A stretch of 64,000 bases of DNA from the NCBI RefSeq assembly GCF_009914755.1, contig NC_060947.1. One strand, written 5' to 3'. A program made the translations under genes and the position numbers. This DNA comes from the human T2T-CHM13v2.0 reference genome, Homo sapiens. Of this stretch, positions 34,029 to 50,915 are shown piece after piece. Every line of letters begins with the position of its first letter. Position 1 is the first letter of the stretch. The notes beneath the pieces were generated by a model. It did no database searches. It saw only the letters and a list, made by a program, of their open reading frames with translations, and was not told where the DNA came from.

Positions 34029-36160
34029 TTAAAAAATAGAACATACTAAAAACCAACAATTCTTAGGTTCCTCAGAGAATTGAGGTCATGGGGCAAAATG
34101 CTGCCCCCAAATTGGAAAGACTGGCAGATATAGATTATGGTTTTCTGGAGCAGAAACCCTCACACTGAAACCTTCATGTGAACCAGCAACCATGGGTAGG
34201 AAAAGTTAAACTTTAATTGGTGAATTGCTGGAGTTTCAATGAGAAAATTCAACGAGAATTTTTAATTCTCAAACTTGTCCACATTGAAACCTCAGTTTAG
34301 GGGGACCCTACACTTTCACTAGTCTTACCTCAAGGAGCCTTACCAGAGTCTCACAGTTAAAATTGAAGAAAAATCCCTGTCTGATTTCTATAAGGGAAGG
34401 ATGAAAATAGTCATTTTGAAATATGCCCAGAGTATTCTGTTCTTCATAACAAGTCCTGCCTTCAAGAGAAAATATTTCACTGGAATATAACCTACGAAAA
34501 TTTTATAAGAGCCTGACTGGCCTGGGGAGAGAGAAATACCCAACACCATAACCCTTCGGCCTTTCTGACCTGCAGAGGTAAGGAAAAACCTGAGAGGCAC
34601 TTGGAAAGGTCACAGTCCATGGGAAGAATTTCACTAAAAGACTGAGATCTAATCATAGGTCTATAGAATGATTCACCTCCCCTCACATCTTACCACCAAA
34701 TCACTCAAGGGCTATTTACACACAAGTTTTTTACAGAGTACATCATCTCCAGCTTTCAGTAAAAAATTATGTCATACTAAAAGGCAAAAATCCCTGCAGT
34801 TTAAAGATACAGTGCAAGCATCAGAACCAGACTCAGATATGAAAATTTTAAATAACTGTAATTAACATGCTAAGGGCTCTAATGGACAAAGTAAACATGC
34901 AAAAACAGATGAGTAATGTAACCAAAGATTAAAATCTAGGAATGAATAAAAAAGGAATGCTAGAAACAAAAAATACTGTAATAGAAGTGAATAATGCATT
35001 TGATGGGTCAGTAGTAGACTGGACATGACTGAGGAATCAGTGAGCTTGAGGATATGGTAATAGAAATTTTCCAAACTAAAAAACAAAGAGAAAAAAATAA
35101 TGAAAAACAACACAGAACAGAATACCTAAGGACTGTGGGACAACTATAAAGGGTGTACATATGCATAATGAGGATACAAAAATGAAGAGAAAGAGAGAAA
35201 GAAACAGGAGAAATATCTGAAGCAATAGTGACTAAACATTCCCCCAAATTAGTGTAAGATACCAAACTCCACCCTAGGAAGCTCAGAGAATACCAAGCCA
35301 GATAAATGCCCAAAAATCTACATGTAGGCATATAACATTCAAACCGCAGAAAATCAACCACTGAAAAATGTTTTTAAAAGAATCTTTACCCACAGGAGAA
35401 TAAGGATAAGAATTACCTTAGACTTTTCTTCAGAAACCATGCAAGAACAGAGTGGGATAAAATATTTAAAGTGCTGAGAAAAAAAAATCAACCTCAAATT
35501 CTGTATCCAATAAAATTATTCTTCATAACTGAAAGAGAAATAAAGACTTTCTCAGAAAAACAAAAATTGAGGGAATTTGTTGCTGATAAACTTTCCTTGG
35601 AAGAAAAGAAATTCAGAAGAACAAAAATTATATAGGTTATAAATTTGGATCTACATAAACAAAGGAAGAACATTAGAGAGGGAATAAGTGATATTAAAAT
35701 AAAAACTTTTCTTTTTCTTATTCTTAATTGATCTAACAAAAACTTTGTTCACAATAATAGCAAAAATGTTCACAATATTTATTCTTTATGCGTAAGTGAA
35801 ACGAATGACAACAATGATACAAGGGATTGGGGAAAGAATTAGGAATCCTTTTTATAAGGTATTTACACTACCCATGAAGTGGTATAGTATTATTTGAATG
35901 AGGACTTTGATTAGTTGTAAATGTATATTGTAAACTGTAGGGTAACCATTAAAAATTTTTTAAAAAGAAATATAATTGATATACTAAGAAAGGAGCAAAA
36001 ATTGAATAGTATAAAATGCTCAGTTAAAACTATCAAAGGCAGAAAAATACTGGAAGACAAAAATAGAAACAAAGAACGAGGGGAACAAACTAAAAATAGT
36101 AACAAATATCATAAATATTAATCCAGCTATATAGCAATAATCACTTTAATCATCACAACA

Positions 36161-36499
36161 GCCAGGTGCAGTAACATGTGCCTGTAGTCCCAGCTACTTG
36201 GGAGGCTGAGGCAGGAGGATCCCTTGAGCCCAGGAGTTCTGAGCTATAGTGTGCTCAGTGATTGAATGTCTGAACTAAGTTTGCTATCAATATGGTGACC
36301 TCCCAGGAGTAGGGGGCCACCAGATTGCCTAAGGACGGATGAAATGACCCAGGCTGGAAATGGAGGGGGTCAAAACTACTGTACCGATCAGTACTGGGAT
36401 TGCACCTGTGAACAGCAAATGCACTCCAGCCTGGGCAACATAACAAGACCCCAGCTCTTAAATAAATAAATAAATAAACAAACAAATGAACAAACAAAT
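36161..36499 (+). pseudogene. RN7SL: 7SL (SRP RNA) processed pseudogene, full length
   Basis: Alu-domain ends plus the S domain (ctaagtt..atcaatatggtgacctccc..ccaccag.ttgcctaagga..ggtcaaaact..gatcagta.tgggat); (TAAA)n tail; TSD atcatcacaaca (36149-36160, 36500-36511). Confidence 0.95.
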
Positions 36500-37069
36500 A
36501 TCATCACAACAATGAGACTTAGAGTGCACAAAGAAAAACAAGACCCAACTATATGTTGTCTACAAGAAATCCACCTCAAACATAAAGACAGACAAATTAA
36601 AAATAAAGGAATAGAGAAAGATATATCATGCTAAAATTAATAAAAAGAAATCTGGAATATCTACATTAATTTCAGACACAGCTGACTTCAAAGCAAGGGA
36701 CAAAGGACATTATCAGGAATAATGAGAGGCATTACAGAATGATAAAGGGTGATAAAGGGGTCAATTCTCCAAGAAGAAATAATAGTCCTTGATGTGTATA
36801 TGCCTAACAGCAGAGCACCAAAATATGTGAGGCAAAAATTGATGGAACCGCAAGGTGAAATAGATTATCTACTATTATAGTTACAGACTTTAACATCCCT
36901 TGATCAGTAATAGACTGATCCAGCAGGACAAAAATCAATAAGGACATAGTTGAACCAAGAGCACCATCAAATAGGTCTAATTGACATCTACAGACTACTT
37001 CATCCAACAACAGCAGGATACACATTCTTCTCAAGCTCACATGGAACATTCATTGAGGCAGACAACATT

Positions 37070-37361
<292 letters not shown>

Positions 37362-38168
37362 TCATCACATAAATAGAACTAAAGACAAAAACCACATGAT
37401 TATTTCAATAGATTCAATAGATACAGAGCAGAAAAGGCTTTTGATAAAATTCAACACCCTTTCATGTTAAAAACTCTGAACAAACTAGGTATTGAAGTAA
37501 TATACCTCAAAATAAGAGTCATCTATGACAGACCAACAGCCAAAATCACATCAAAAGGGCAAAAGCTGGAAGCATTCCCCTTGAAAACTGGCACAAGACA
37601 AGGATGCTCTCTCTCACCACTCCTATTCAACATAGTGTTGGAAGTCCTGGCTAGGGCAATCAGGCAAAAGAAAGAAATAAAGAGCACCCAAATAGGAAGA
37701 GATGAAGTCACACTATCCCTGTTTGTAGATAACATGATTCTGTATCTAGAAAAAAACCCCATAGTCTTGGCCCAAAAGCTCCTTACATTGACTAACAACT
37801 TCAGCAAACTCTTAGGATACAAAGTTAATGTACAAAAATCACTAACACTCCTATACACCAACAACAGTCAAGCCAAGAGCCAAGTCAGGAATGCATTCCC
37901 ATTCACAATTGCCACAAAAAGAATAAAATATCTAGGAATACAGCTAAGCAGGGAGGTGAAAAATCTCTACGAGGAGAACGATAAAACACTGCTCAAAGAA
38001 ATCAGAGATGACACAAACAAATGGAAAAACATTCCATGCTCATGGATAGGAAGTATCAATATCGCTAAAATGGCTATACTGCCCAGAGCAATTTATAGAT
38101 TCAATGCTATTCCTATTAAACTACCAATGACATTCATCACAGTACTAGAAAAATTATTTTAAAATTCA

Positions 38169-38520
<352 letters not shown>

Positions 38521-38717
38521 CTAAGCAAAAAGAACAAAGCTGGAGGCATCATGCTACCCAATTTTAAGCTATAATACAGGGCTATGGTAAGCAAAATAGC
38601 ATGGTACTGGTACAAAAACAGACACATAGACTAGTGGGACAGAATAGAGAACCCAGAAATGAGGCCACATAGCTGCAACTATCTGATCTTTGACAAAGCT
38701 GACAAAAACAAGCAATG

Positions 38718-38945
38718 GGCCAGCCTGAGCAACATGACAATACCCCATCTCTACAAAAATTCAAAACTTAGTCGGGCATGGTGGCACACAGCTACTCAAG
38801 AGGCTGAGGCAGGAGCATTGCTTGTGCCTGGGAGGTTAAGGCGGCAGTGAGCCATGATTGCAGCACTGCACTCCAGCCTGGGCAACAAAATGAAACCCTG
38901 CCTCAGAAAAAAATAATAATAAATTAAAATTAAAATTTAAAAAAC
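38718..38945 (+). mobile_element. 5'-truncated Alu (AluJ-like)
   Basis: Partial left arm plus right arm; TSD agcaatggg. Confidence 0.85.
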
Positions 38946-39532
38946 CAGCAATGGGGAAAGGATTCCCTAGTCAATAAATGGTGCTGAGATAACTGGCTAG
39001 CAATATTTAGAAGATTGAAACTGGACCACTTCCTTACACCATATACAAAAATTAACTCGAGGGATTAAAGACTTAAAAGCCAAAACTATAAAAACCCTAG
39101 ACGACAACATAGGCAATACCATTCTGGACATAGGAACAGGCAAAGATTTCATGATGAAGATGCCAAAAGCAACTGCAACAAAAGGAAAAATTGACAAATG
39201 GGGTCTAATTAAACTAAAGAATTTCTGCACAGCCAAGGAAACTATCGACAGAGTAAATAGAAAACCTTCAGAATGGGAGAAAATTTTTGCAAACTATGCA
39301 TCTGACAAAGATCTAATATCCAGCATCTATAAGGAACTTAAACAAATTTACAAGGAAAAAATAACCCCATTAAAAAGTGGGCAAAGGACATGAAGAGACA
39401 CTTTTGGAAAGAAGACATTCATATGACCTACAAGCATGTGGAAAAAAGCTCAACATCACTGATCATTAGAGAAATGCAAATCAAAACCACAATGAGATTG
39501 AGATACCACCTTACACCAGTGAGAATGGCTAC

Positions 39533-40511
<979 letters not shown>

Positions 40512-43500
40512 TGAGGTTGCAGAAATAAAGGAATGCTTATACACCATTGGTGGGAGTGTAAATTAGTTCAACCATTGTGGAAAACAGTGTGGTTTTTCCT
40601 CAAAGACCTAAAGACAGAACTACCATTTGACCTAACAATCCCATCACTGGGTATATACTCAAAAGGATTTAAATCATTCTATCATAAAGACACATGCATG
40701 TGTATGTACATTGCAGCACCATTCACAAGACCAAAGACATAGAATCAACCTAAATGCCTATCAATGGCAGACTGGATTAAGAAAATGTGGTACATATACA
40801 CCATGGGATACCATGCAGCCAAAAAAAAGAATGAGATCATGTCCTTTGCAAAAACATGGATGGAGCTGGAGGCCATTATCCTTAGCAAATTAATGCAGGA
40901 ACAAAAAACCAAATACCACATGTTCTCACTTATAAATGAGAGCTTAATGATGAGAACACATGGACACAAAGGGGAACAATAGACACTGGGGCCTATCAGA
41001 TGGTGGAGGGTGGGAGGAGGGAGAAGATCAGTAAAAATAACTAATCGGCACTAGGCTTAATACCTGGGTGATGAAATAATCTGTACAACAAACCCCCATG
41101 ATTAAAGTTTACCTATATAACAAACCTGCACATATACCCCTGAACTTAAAAGTTAAAAAAAAGAAAGAAAAAGTTGAATTTGTGATTTTTTGTGTCCTAG
41201 TAAAATTAGATACTACTATAGTTAGTAGTAGTATTATCTCATGTAAGTAATTTTTGTAAAGGCCTGGAGAGAGTAAAAAAAAAAGGAATATTATGAGCAA
41301 CTTATGCCCACAAATTTGATAACCTAGATGAAATGAACTAAGTCCTTGTACAACACAATCTGCAAAAACTCAGACAGAAGAAATAAACTATCTGAATAGA
41401 CCTATCTCTATTAAAGAAATTGAATCAATAATTTTTTAACAAAATTCACATTTTATTTAGATTGAAATAAACTATACAAAATTGATTTTCTTCACCAAAA
41501 AAAGCAATATTTCCATATTTTTCTAGATAAACCACAACACTTAGTTTTGTAGGTTTTCCAGGTTTTGTTTATAAATCAAGATGAGGCAGTAGATAAGAGT
41601 CACGGGAAAAGACAGAAAAAAAAACAGACAAATCAGTTGTCAGTATCCATGGCCTCTGATTCTGTCTTAACCATGAAACAGAAGTGTTCAACATATACCT
41701 GCTAAAAAGCTTATGAAGATGTAGGCTCCACAAAGGAATGTAAACAGCAATAACGAGATGTGGAACAATGGCAGGCTCTTCCATTCAAACTTTGTCATTT
41801 GTTCCTTTAAGTTCAAGAAAGACAAAATCTACACTGAAATCCTTGTTTGGCGAGCTCACAAGCTTTTCTCCAGTAATTTCTTGTAACTGTCCAATATAGA
41901 TTTTTAACATACTTAAAACTCCTATTAGACAAAGGTCAATTGTGGGCTTCACTATAACGTTTTATAAAATGTAGTCCTTCCTCTCACACCTCTTCAAAAT
42001 ATATTTCTTCAAAGAATTCATAACACCCAACAAGTAGAGATCCATAGTGATAATAAATGCTATGTCTAAAATGACTTAACTAAAACAATTCCAGAGTGCC
42101 ATGCAGAGATCACGCAGAAGGAAACATGGCATTTTCAATGTTCTCTTCTGGAAAAACAGGTAGGTCTTCAAAGCATGAGAGTTCAAACAGGGGCCATTTA
42201 AACAGGTAGATTATCAATGGCTAAGGTATTCAATGGAGTTCTGTAGGCAAAGATATTTAGTGATTAAGTGGCCTACATACATCGTACGGCTTTTCTTCCA
42301 AATATCAAATATAAGATAGCCTATTTTTAAGAGTCTTTTAGGTATTTTCCACGGTTTCGGAATTATCTGTGGAAGCTCTGACTTACTTGTATAGAGTTTA
42401 ATATATGTGTCCACCACTAAATCCAGGTGGTGTTTTATATCAAAATTTATGTTAAGCAAAGCCAAGATACTCGACCTTTGGTCTGTCAAAATGATCCTCA
42501 AATATGCTTTAAGGCGCTTTCGTCCATTTTCATACTGCTCATTCTCAACCTTCATCACAGGAAGAATACACAGGACCTTCAGCAATGCATACACATTAGG
42601 AAAAAACTTGATGTCAGGCAGGTGGAGGGCTTCATAGATGGTGGATGGAAGCTCTATATCTTTCCCCCTGTGTTTCCATTTGATTCTCCAACAATGAAGC
42701 TTGGCTGAGAGCATGTCAGAATTGGGTAAGTCACTTCTATATGTGTCAGCATAGTGTTCCTCTGATGTATTGAATTTGAGTTGTCCCATGACTGAGGGTA
42801 CCAGAGATAAGCATTTAAGAGCTCTGAGGTGCTGTTCTGAGAATATATCTTTAAGTTCCTGAATAATGTGCTCCACTGTTGGGACACTTAGGGTTTCTTT
42901 ATAGTAACTCTCAGAGGTTAGCTAAGATTCCAGGTTACCCTGGTGAGCTCTGCGGAATTTCCCAGGGAGTTTCATTTGAATATCAAGTTTGGTTGCCAAA
43001 TTTGTGGCTTCCTCAAACCAAAATTCATTATAAATTTCAATATTTTCCATCACTTCGTTGAGTGAATGCAGTACTGCAGTCAAGCTACTGGCTGCAAAGA
43101 AGACATCAGAGGTTTGCCCCTGGAGATTTTTCCCAAAGGCTCTTTCAAAAGATAGGACATTTTTTAAGAACAACAGTAGTAACAATGAAATCAAAATCTG
43201 TTACTGTACTGCAGCGTACAAATACTCGGCCAGCTATACAGTTATTCCATCTAATATTTCTCACTGAGAATGGCAGATCTCCTTCAGTTCTTTACCCCTT
43301 TCTTTACTGTTCTGAAAAAGAACAGAAATTACATTGTGAAGTTCTAAAAGCAGTTGTGGTGATCGATGGAAAAAAGAACAAACTTCCTCAATTGTTCTTA
43401 ATGCAACGGATACTCCCATAACAGATACTGATTTTGCCAACCACATATTTAAGGCACAGGAAGAGCAGAGTGTGTAGACAGCTTGGGGATATTTCTCTAA

Positions 43501-43538
43501 AGGTCTAGAAGCAACAACTTTCATTTTGGAAGAAAATC

Positions 43539-44008
<470 letters not shown>

Positions 44009-45288
44009 CTAGACACAATGTAAGCCTGGCCACAATACTCCATTATTGAATCCCCACTTCTCAGTTATCATAGTGTGAAATTTCACAGCCAAAATTTCTG
44101 TATGAACATCATAAGGCAGGAAGCCCATAAGGCAGGAAGCCCATAAATTCCTCTCTTAGGTTATGGGACTCATCAACAAACCTCACCAACACAGGTAGGT
44201 GCTCTTCCCCTGCTATGTCCACTTACATAGTCAGTGATAATGGAAAAGAAGTGTGAGTCTCTCATTTCCCTGTGAGTTTCTTCTCAAATACAGCTCTCAC
44301 AGATCTCTAGCATCTGCCTCTGCTGTGTTTTTTAACAAAACAACGTGTTAACTGCCGTTGTGTCAAACTGCTTTCTCAGAACTTCTTCACCAGAATTTAT
44401 TCGGCACTCCAGCAGTGCCTGAAAGTTATCTGGAGTAAAGAGACCTTCTGGGATTTCATCAGCCTCATGTCCATCCAGAGGTATGTTTTGCTTTCCCATC
44501 AGGATCAAGATTTCAAATAGAGATTTTAGGTATTCTTTGTTTTCCTTTTCTTCAAGGGTTAGAGGTAAAATGTCTTCATCTTGCCCTTCACTCTCTTCTT
44601 CACTGGGGTTCTGAGAATTGCTATTGTTGGTTTCTTTATGTTTTGGTTCCTGCTCAGAAGTTTCATCGAATTTTTTCTGTTTCAGTGTCCTGATTTTGTC
44701 TGCACTCAGTTCTTTTATTCGTTTTCTGTGTCTACTATGTGGGTTGTTCAAATGACTGGTAAGATCAAATATTGTTGGTATTACATTATCTATAAGGACT
44801 AGTTCTACAGATCATGGAGGTCTCCAAATCTTTGGCACATAATCGATAATGTTTATTTAGCTGATCAGGTGTTTTATCTTCTAAGTCTGCTCTCCTACAA
44901 TTCTCCACCCACTTCTGGCATCTGGCCGGGTTCCGCGGGAACCTGAAAAGGCCAGGTCGGACTGCGTGCTCTTCCACGTGCACTTGGGGGCAGCGCAGAA
45001 GTTCGTCATCGTCGCCCGCCCGCCAGCCGGCCGGCCCAGCACCCCCTCCCCGCCTCTTCAGGGCAGTCCGCCCGCCCGTCGGGGCTGGGGAGGGGACTGA
45101 ATCAATAATTAATAACCTTCCCAAACAGATGGCACTAGGGTTCACTGGTGAATTATACCAAACATTTAAGGAAGAATTTATATAAACTCTCTACAGTCTC
45201 TTCCAGGAGGTAGAAGCAGAGGGAACACTTCCTAATTTATTCTATGAGGCCACCATTACCCTAGTACCAAAATCATATAAAGATACTA

Positions 45289-45660
<372 letters not shown>

Positions 45661-46479
45661 TTAGCAAATATCCATAATGCATACAAAATTATACACCATG
45701 ACCATGTGTGATTTATTCCATGTATGCAAGGCTAGTTCAACATTTGGAAATCAATTGATGTAATCCATCACATCTACAGGCTAAAAAGGAAGAATTATAT
45801 GATCATATCCATAGATGTAGAAAAAGCATTTGAGAAAATTCAACACTCATTCTGAGTGATGCTATAGTAGTGTATACATTTGTCAAAGCCCATAGAATGT
45901 ACAAAATCAAGAATGAAAATTTAAACTGTGGACTTTGAGTGATAATGGTGTGTAAAGGTTGGTTCATCAATTTGAAATACATGTACCACTTCTGTTGTGG
46001 AATGTTGGTGGTGAGGGAGGCTATGCATGTGTGTGAGAAGGAGTATATGGGATCTCCCTGTACTTTTCATTCAGTTTTGCTGGGAACCTAAAACTGCTCT
46101 AAAAAGTAAAGTCTATTTTTTAGAAAAATGGAGAAGCCATTCTGGGTCACACCCTAAATAACTGGTAGACCTGGAACTCAACTCCAGATTTATTTGAGCA
46201 CAACTGTCTTGTCCTTATCCACTGTGCCACAAGATCTACTTTGAATTTCACCTTGTTTAATATTTCTTTGCTGAACACAATTGACTAGATGGAAAATGGA
46301 CTTGACTCACCATTTAGAAAAGCAAGGAACCTAATTTTTTTGTAGAAATGATAATAATATATTTCTAATAAAGGGTACATTTCAGGAAGAAAAATGAAGG
46401 AAAAGTTAAGACATTTCTAGATAAAGAAAAACTGATGATATTCATCACTAGCAGACATGCCCTACGACAAATGCTAGAG

Positions 46480-47180
46480 CCAATCCTTCTTCTGGGTATA
46501 TACTGAAAGGAGATGAAATCACCATCTTGTAAAGATATCTGCACTCTCGTGTTGTTGAAACATTATTCACAATAGCCACAATATGGATACAACATAAGTG
46601 TCCATCAATGGACAAGTGGATAAAGAAAATGTGTTTTTTACGTATATAGATATGTGTGTGTATTTATTTATTTATACACACCCACATATATAATGAAATA
46701 TTATTTAGCCTTTAAAAAGGAGATACTGCCATTTGCCACAAAATGGATGGACCTGGAGGACATTATGCTAAGTAAAATAAGCCAGACACAGAAAGAAAAA
46801 TATAGCATAATCTTACTTATATTGTGCACTCTATTTTTTAAAAGTCAAATATGTAGTACAGACAGAATGAAACAGTAGTTACCATGGGTGGGGATAGGGA
46901 AGAAACAGGAAAATGTAGGTCAAAGGATACAAAGTAGCAGATATGTAGGATGAACAAGTCTAGAGTTTCAACATACCACATTAGGACTGTAGTTAATAAA
47001 ATTGTATTAAAGATTCTTGTCAACTAAGTAGAGTTTAGCTGTTCTTGTCACAAAAAAGTAACTATGTGAGATGATAGATATGTTAATTTGCTTCAACACA
47101 GTAATTATTTTACTATCTACATGTATTCCATAACATGTTGTAAACCTGAATACACAATAAGATTTATTTTTAAAAAATAA
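46480..47180 (+). mobile_element. 5'-truncated L1MA-type 3' end
   Basis: ORF2 C-terminus (EILPFATKWMDLEDIMLSKISQTQKEKY), 3'UTR; TSD aaatgcta.ag. Confidence 0.85.
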
Positions 47181-47280
47181 ATGCTAAAGGGAGTCTTCCA
47201 GACTGAAATAAAAGGAAAACAGAAAGTAATTCAAGGATAGCCAAAGAAATAAAGAACAATGGTAAAGGTAGATACACAAG

Positions 47281-47652
47281 TGTTATTGGCTGAATTGTGT
47301 CCACCAAAATTTATGCATTAAAGTCCTAGCTTCCAGTACTTCAGGGTGTGACTATATTTGGAGGAAGGGTATTTAAGAAGTAATTAAGTTAGTGAGACCT
47401 AATCCCACATGACTAGTATCCTTATAGGAAGAGGAGATTAGAATACAGATACACACAGAAGAAAAACTATGCAAAGACACAGGGAGAAGATGGCCATCTA
47501 CAAGCCAAGGAGAGAGGCTGCTGAAGAAACTAACCCAGTCGACACCTAAATCCAGGACTTCTATTCTCTATAACTACTGGAAAACAAATTTTTATTGTTT
47601 AAGCCACTCAGTCCGTGATACTTTGTTATGACAGCCCTAGCTACCTAATATA
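47281..47652 (+). mobile_element. MLT1-type MaLR solo LTR
   Basis: tgttattggctgaattgtgtcc...gaagatggccatctacaagccaaggagagagg...ctttgttatgacagccctagc. Confidence 0.88.
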
Positions 47653-48107
47653 ATAAGTATAAAAAGCCAGTAGTATTGCATATTTGGTTTGTAACCATTT
47701 TATTCCGTAGAATTTAAAGGACAAAGATATAAAATAATAATTTTAAAGTTATGCTAATGGGTACACAATGTATAAAGGTGTAATTTGTGACAATAACAAC
47801 ATAAAAGAGGGACAGAGCTGTAAGGGGCCAGAGTTGTCTAGTACTATTGAAACTAAGTATTAATTTAAAGTTGAGTGTTACAAAGATAAGATAGTAATTG
47901 TAATCCCCAGGGTAATCACTAAGGGAAAAACTGAAAATATACAGAAAAAGAAACAAAGAGGGATTCAAATGGTACACTAACAAAAAAAATCAATTAATCA
48001 CAAAAGGAAGCACTAATGGAGGAAGTGAGAAACAAAAAAGATAATATATTAGTATGCTAGGGCATATAAATATATATGTATATATAAAATACTATATATA
48101 TAAAAGA

Positions 48108-48505
48108 CACATATTAGTATACTAGGGCTGCCATAACAAAATATAACATAAAGGGTGGTTTAAACAACAGAATTGTGTTTCCTCACACTTATGGAGACTA
48201 GAAGTTCAATATCAAGGTGTTAGCAGGTTTAGTTTCTCCTAAGTCCTCTCTTCTTGTCTTGCAGATGGCTTCCTTCCCATTGCATCCTCACATGGTCTTT
48301 TCTCTATGCATGCACATCCTGGTGTCTCTCAGTGTGTCTTAGTCTAATATGGACATCAGTCAGATTCGATTAGAGCCCACCATAATAGCCTCATTTTTAC
48401 TTATTTACCTCAAAGGCCCTATTGCAAATACAGTCATCATCTGAGGTACTGGGGGTTAGCCTTTCAACATATAAATGTTGAGGAAACACAATTCAGCCCA
48501 TAATA
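48108..48505 (-). mobile_element. MLT1-type MaLR solo LTR
   Basis: tattagt..ctagggctgccataacaaa...acacaattcagcccataa (reverse MLT1). Confidence 0.88.
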
Positions 48506-48521
48506 AGACATACAGTAAACA

Positions 48522-48736
48522 TGGCCAGGCATGGTGGCTCACGCATGTAATTTCAGCACTTTAGGAAGCCAAGGCTGGAGAACTGCTTGAGGCCAGAAGC
48601 TTGAGACCAGCCTGGGCAACATAGTGAGACCCCATCTCTATGAAGCAAATTCAGTTAAAAAGCATTAGCTAAGCATGGTGATGCACACCTGTACTCCCAG
48701 CCAGGGTGACAGAGGGAGAGCCCATATCTTTAAAAA
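48522..48736 (+). mobile_element. Alu (AluJ-like) with most of the right arm deleted
   Basis: Left arm intact; right arm collapsed at cccagc|cagggtgacagag. Confidence 0.8.
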
Positions 48737-50626
48737 ATGTTATTTGTGACATCAATAATATAAAGTGGGGGAGTGATGCTGTAAAGGAGTAAAGTTTTTG
48801 TTGTTAAACTTAAGTTGTTGTCAGCTTGAAATAGAATGTTATAACTTTAAAACATTTTATGTAGTTGCAATGGTAATCACAAAAAGAAAATACCAATAGA
48901 ATATACACAAAAGGAAATGAGAAGGAAATCAAAGCATGTCACTATAAGAAAAAAACAATGAAAATGAAGGAAAGCAGTAAGAAAAGAAAGGAGGGAAAAG
49001 GGACAAAACATACAGAAAACAACAAAATGGCAGTAAGAAGTACTTCACTATCAGTAATCACTTTAAATGTAAGTGGATTAAACTCCCCAAAATACATAGG
49101 TTGGCTGAATGGATAAAAAATCAGGATCCACCTGCTTGCTATCTATAAGAGACTCACCTTAGATCTAAGGACATGCATAGACTTAAAGTGAAAGGATGGA
49201 AAAAGATACTACATAAAAATGGTAACCAAACAGAGCAGGATGACTGTACTAATATCAGACAAAATAAGCTTTAAGTCAAAAACTGTTATAAGAGACAAAT
49301 AAGGACATTATATAACAATAAAAGAGACAATTCACCAAAAAATATTATAAATATTCATGCAACAAACATCAGAGCTCCTAAATATATAAACTTTGACAGA
49401 ATTAAGTGAGAAAAGAGACAGCAAAAAATATGAAAAATAGACAGCAAAATAGTAATAGTAATAGGAGACTTTAATACCCTATTTTTAATAATGAACGGAT
49501 AGAACAACTAGACAGAAAGTCAATAAGAAAATAAAGGACCTGAACAAAACTGTAGACCTATTGGACCTAACAGACATATAGAACAGTCCACCCAAAAAGA
49601 ACAGAATATGAACATGGAATATTCTCTAGGAAAGACCACATGTTAGACCACAAAACAAATCTTAACAAATTCAAAAATATTGAAATTATACAAAATATCT
49701 CTTCCAGTCACAATGAAATAAAACTAGAAATGAATAGCAGAATGAAAACTGGAAGATCCACAAATATGTGGAATTTAAATAACACATTCCTTTTAAAAAG
49801 GCTTAAAATATATTTTAATAAATAATAACATATTTGTATACAGTCAATGGGCCAGAGAGGATGTCATGAGGGAAATTAGAAAATACCTTGAGACAAACGA
49901 ACATGAGACTATTACACATCAAAACTTATAGGATGCAGTAAAAACTAAGTGTGAAGTTTATATGTGTAAACACATACATTATAAAAAGAAACATCTCAAA
50001 TCAACAACCTTACTTTATACTTCAGGGAACCAGAAAAACAATAACAAACTAAATACAAAGCTAGCAGAAGGAAGGGAATAATAAAGATTAATCAGAGATG
50101 AAGGGAATAGATAATAGAATGCATCAATGAAACTAAGAGATGTTTTAACAAGAGCAACAAAATTGACAAATCCTTAGGCCAGTCATGGTGGCACACACCT
50201 GTAATCCCAGGACTTTGGGAGGCCGAGGTGGGAGGATTGCTTGAGGCCAGGAGTTTGAGACTAGCCTGGACAACATAGCAAGACTCTGTCTGTACCAATA
50301 AAAAAAGAAAGAAAGAAAGAAAAAACTTTTAGCTATATTAACTAAGAAAAAAAGAGAAGATTCAAATAACTAAAATCAGAAATGAAAAAATGGAACATTA
50401 CAACTGATGCCAAAGAAATTTAAATGACAGTTAGAAAAAAATACTATGAGCAGTTGTATGCTGACAAATTGAACAAACTAGAAATAGATAAATTCATAGA
50501 AACACACAACCTACCAAGATTGAATCATGAATAGAAAATATTAACATATCGATAACTAGTAAGAAGATTGAATCAGAAATCAAAAACCTCCCAACAAACA
50601 CACGCCCAGTAAGAAGGAGGCAGAGC
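48737..50626 (+). mobile_element. Old L1M inter-ORF and ORF2 endonuclease remnant (contains an Alu monomer at 50177-50325)
   Basis: atcactttaaatgtaagtggattaaactcccc; peptide MLDHKTNLNKFKNIEIIQ..SHNEIKLE. Confidence 0.85.
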
Positions 50627-50915
50627 GGCTGGGCACAGTGGCTCATGCCTGTAATCCCAACACTTTGGGAGGCTGAGGAGAGTGGATCACTTGAGGTCAG
50701 GAGTTCAAGACCAGCCTGGCCAACATGGTGAAACCCCATCTCTACTAAAAATACAAAAATTTGCTGGATGTGGTCATGTGCACCTGTAATCCCAGCTACT
50801 CGGCAGTCTGAGGCAGGAGAATCACTTGAACCTGGGAGTCAGAGGTTGCAGTGAGCCGAGATCATGCCACTGCACTCCAGTCTGGCAACAAGAGTGAAAC
50901 TCCATCTCAAAAAAG
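50627..50915 (+). mobile_element. Alu (AluS-like)
   Basis: Full Alu; TSD-like aagaaggagg. Confidence 0.93.

Noticed and set aside
36161-36459. Functional 7SL gene
   Set aside because: Heavy CpG decay and substitutions, A-rich tail and TSD, embedded in an L1 without the native upstream promoter
37464-38162. Longest ORF (232 aa) as a gene
   Set aside because: L1 ORF2 RT fragment with the catalytic FADD motif changed to FVDN and flanked by frameshifts and Alus
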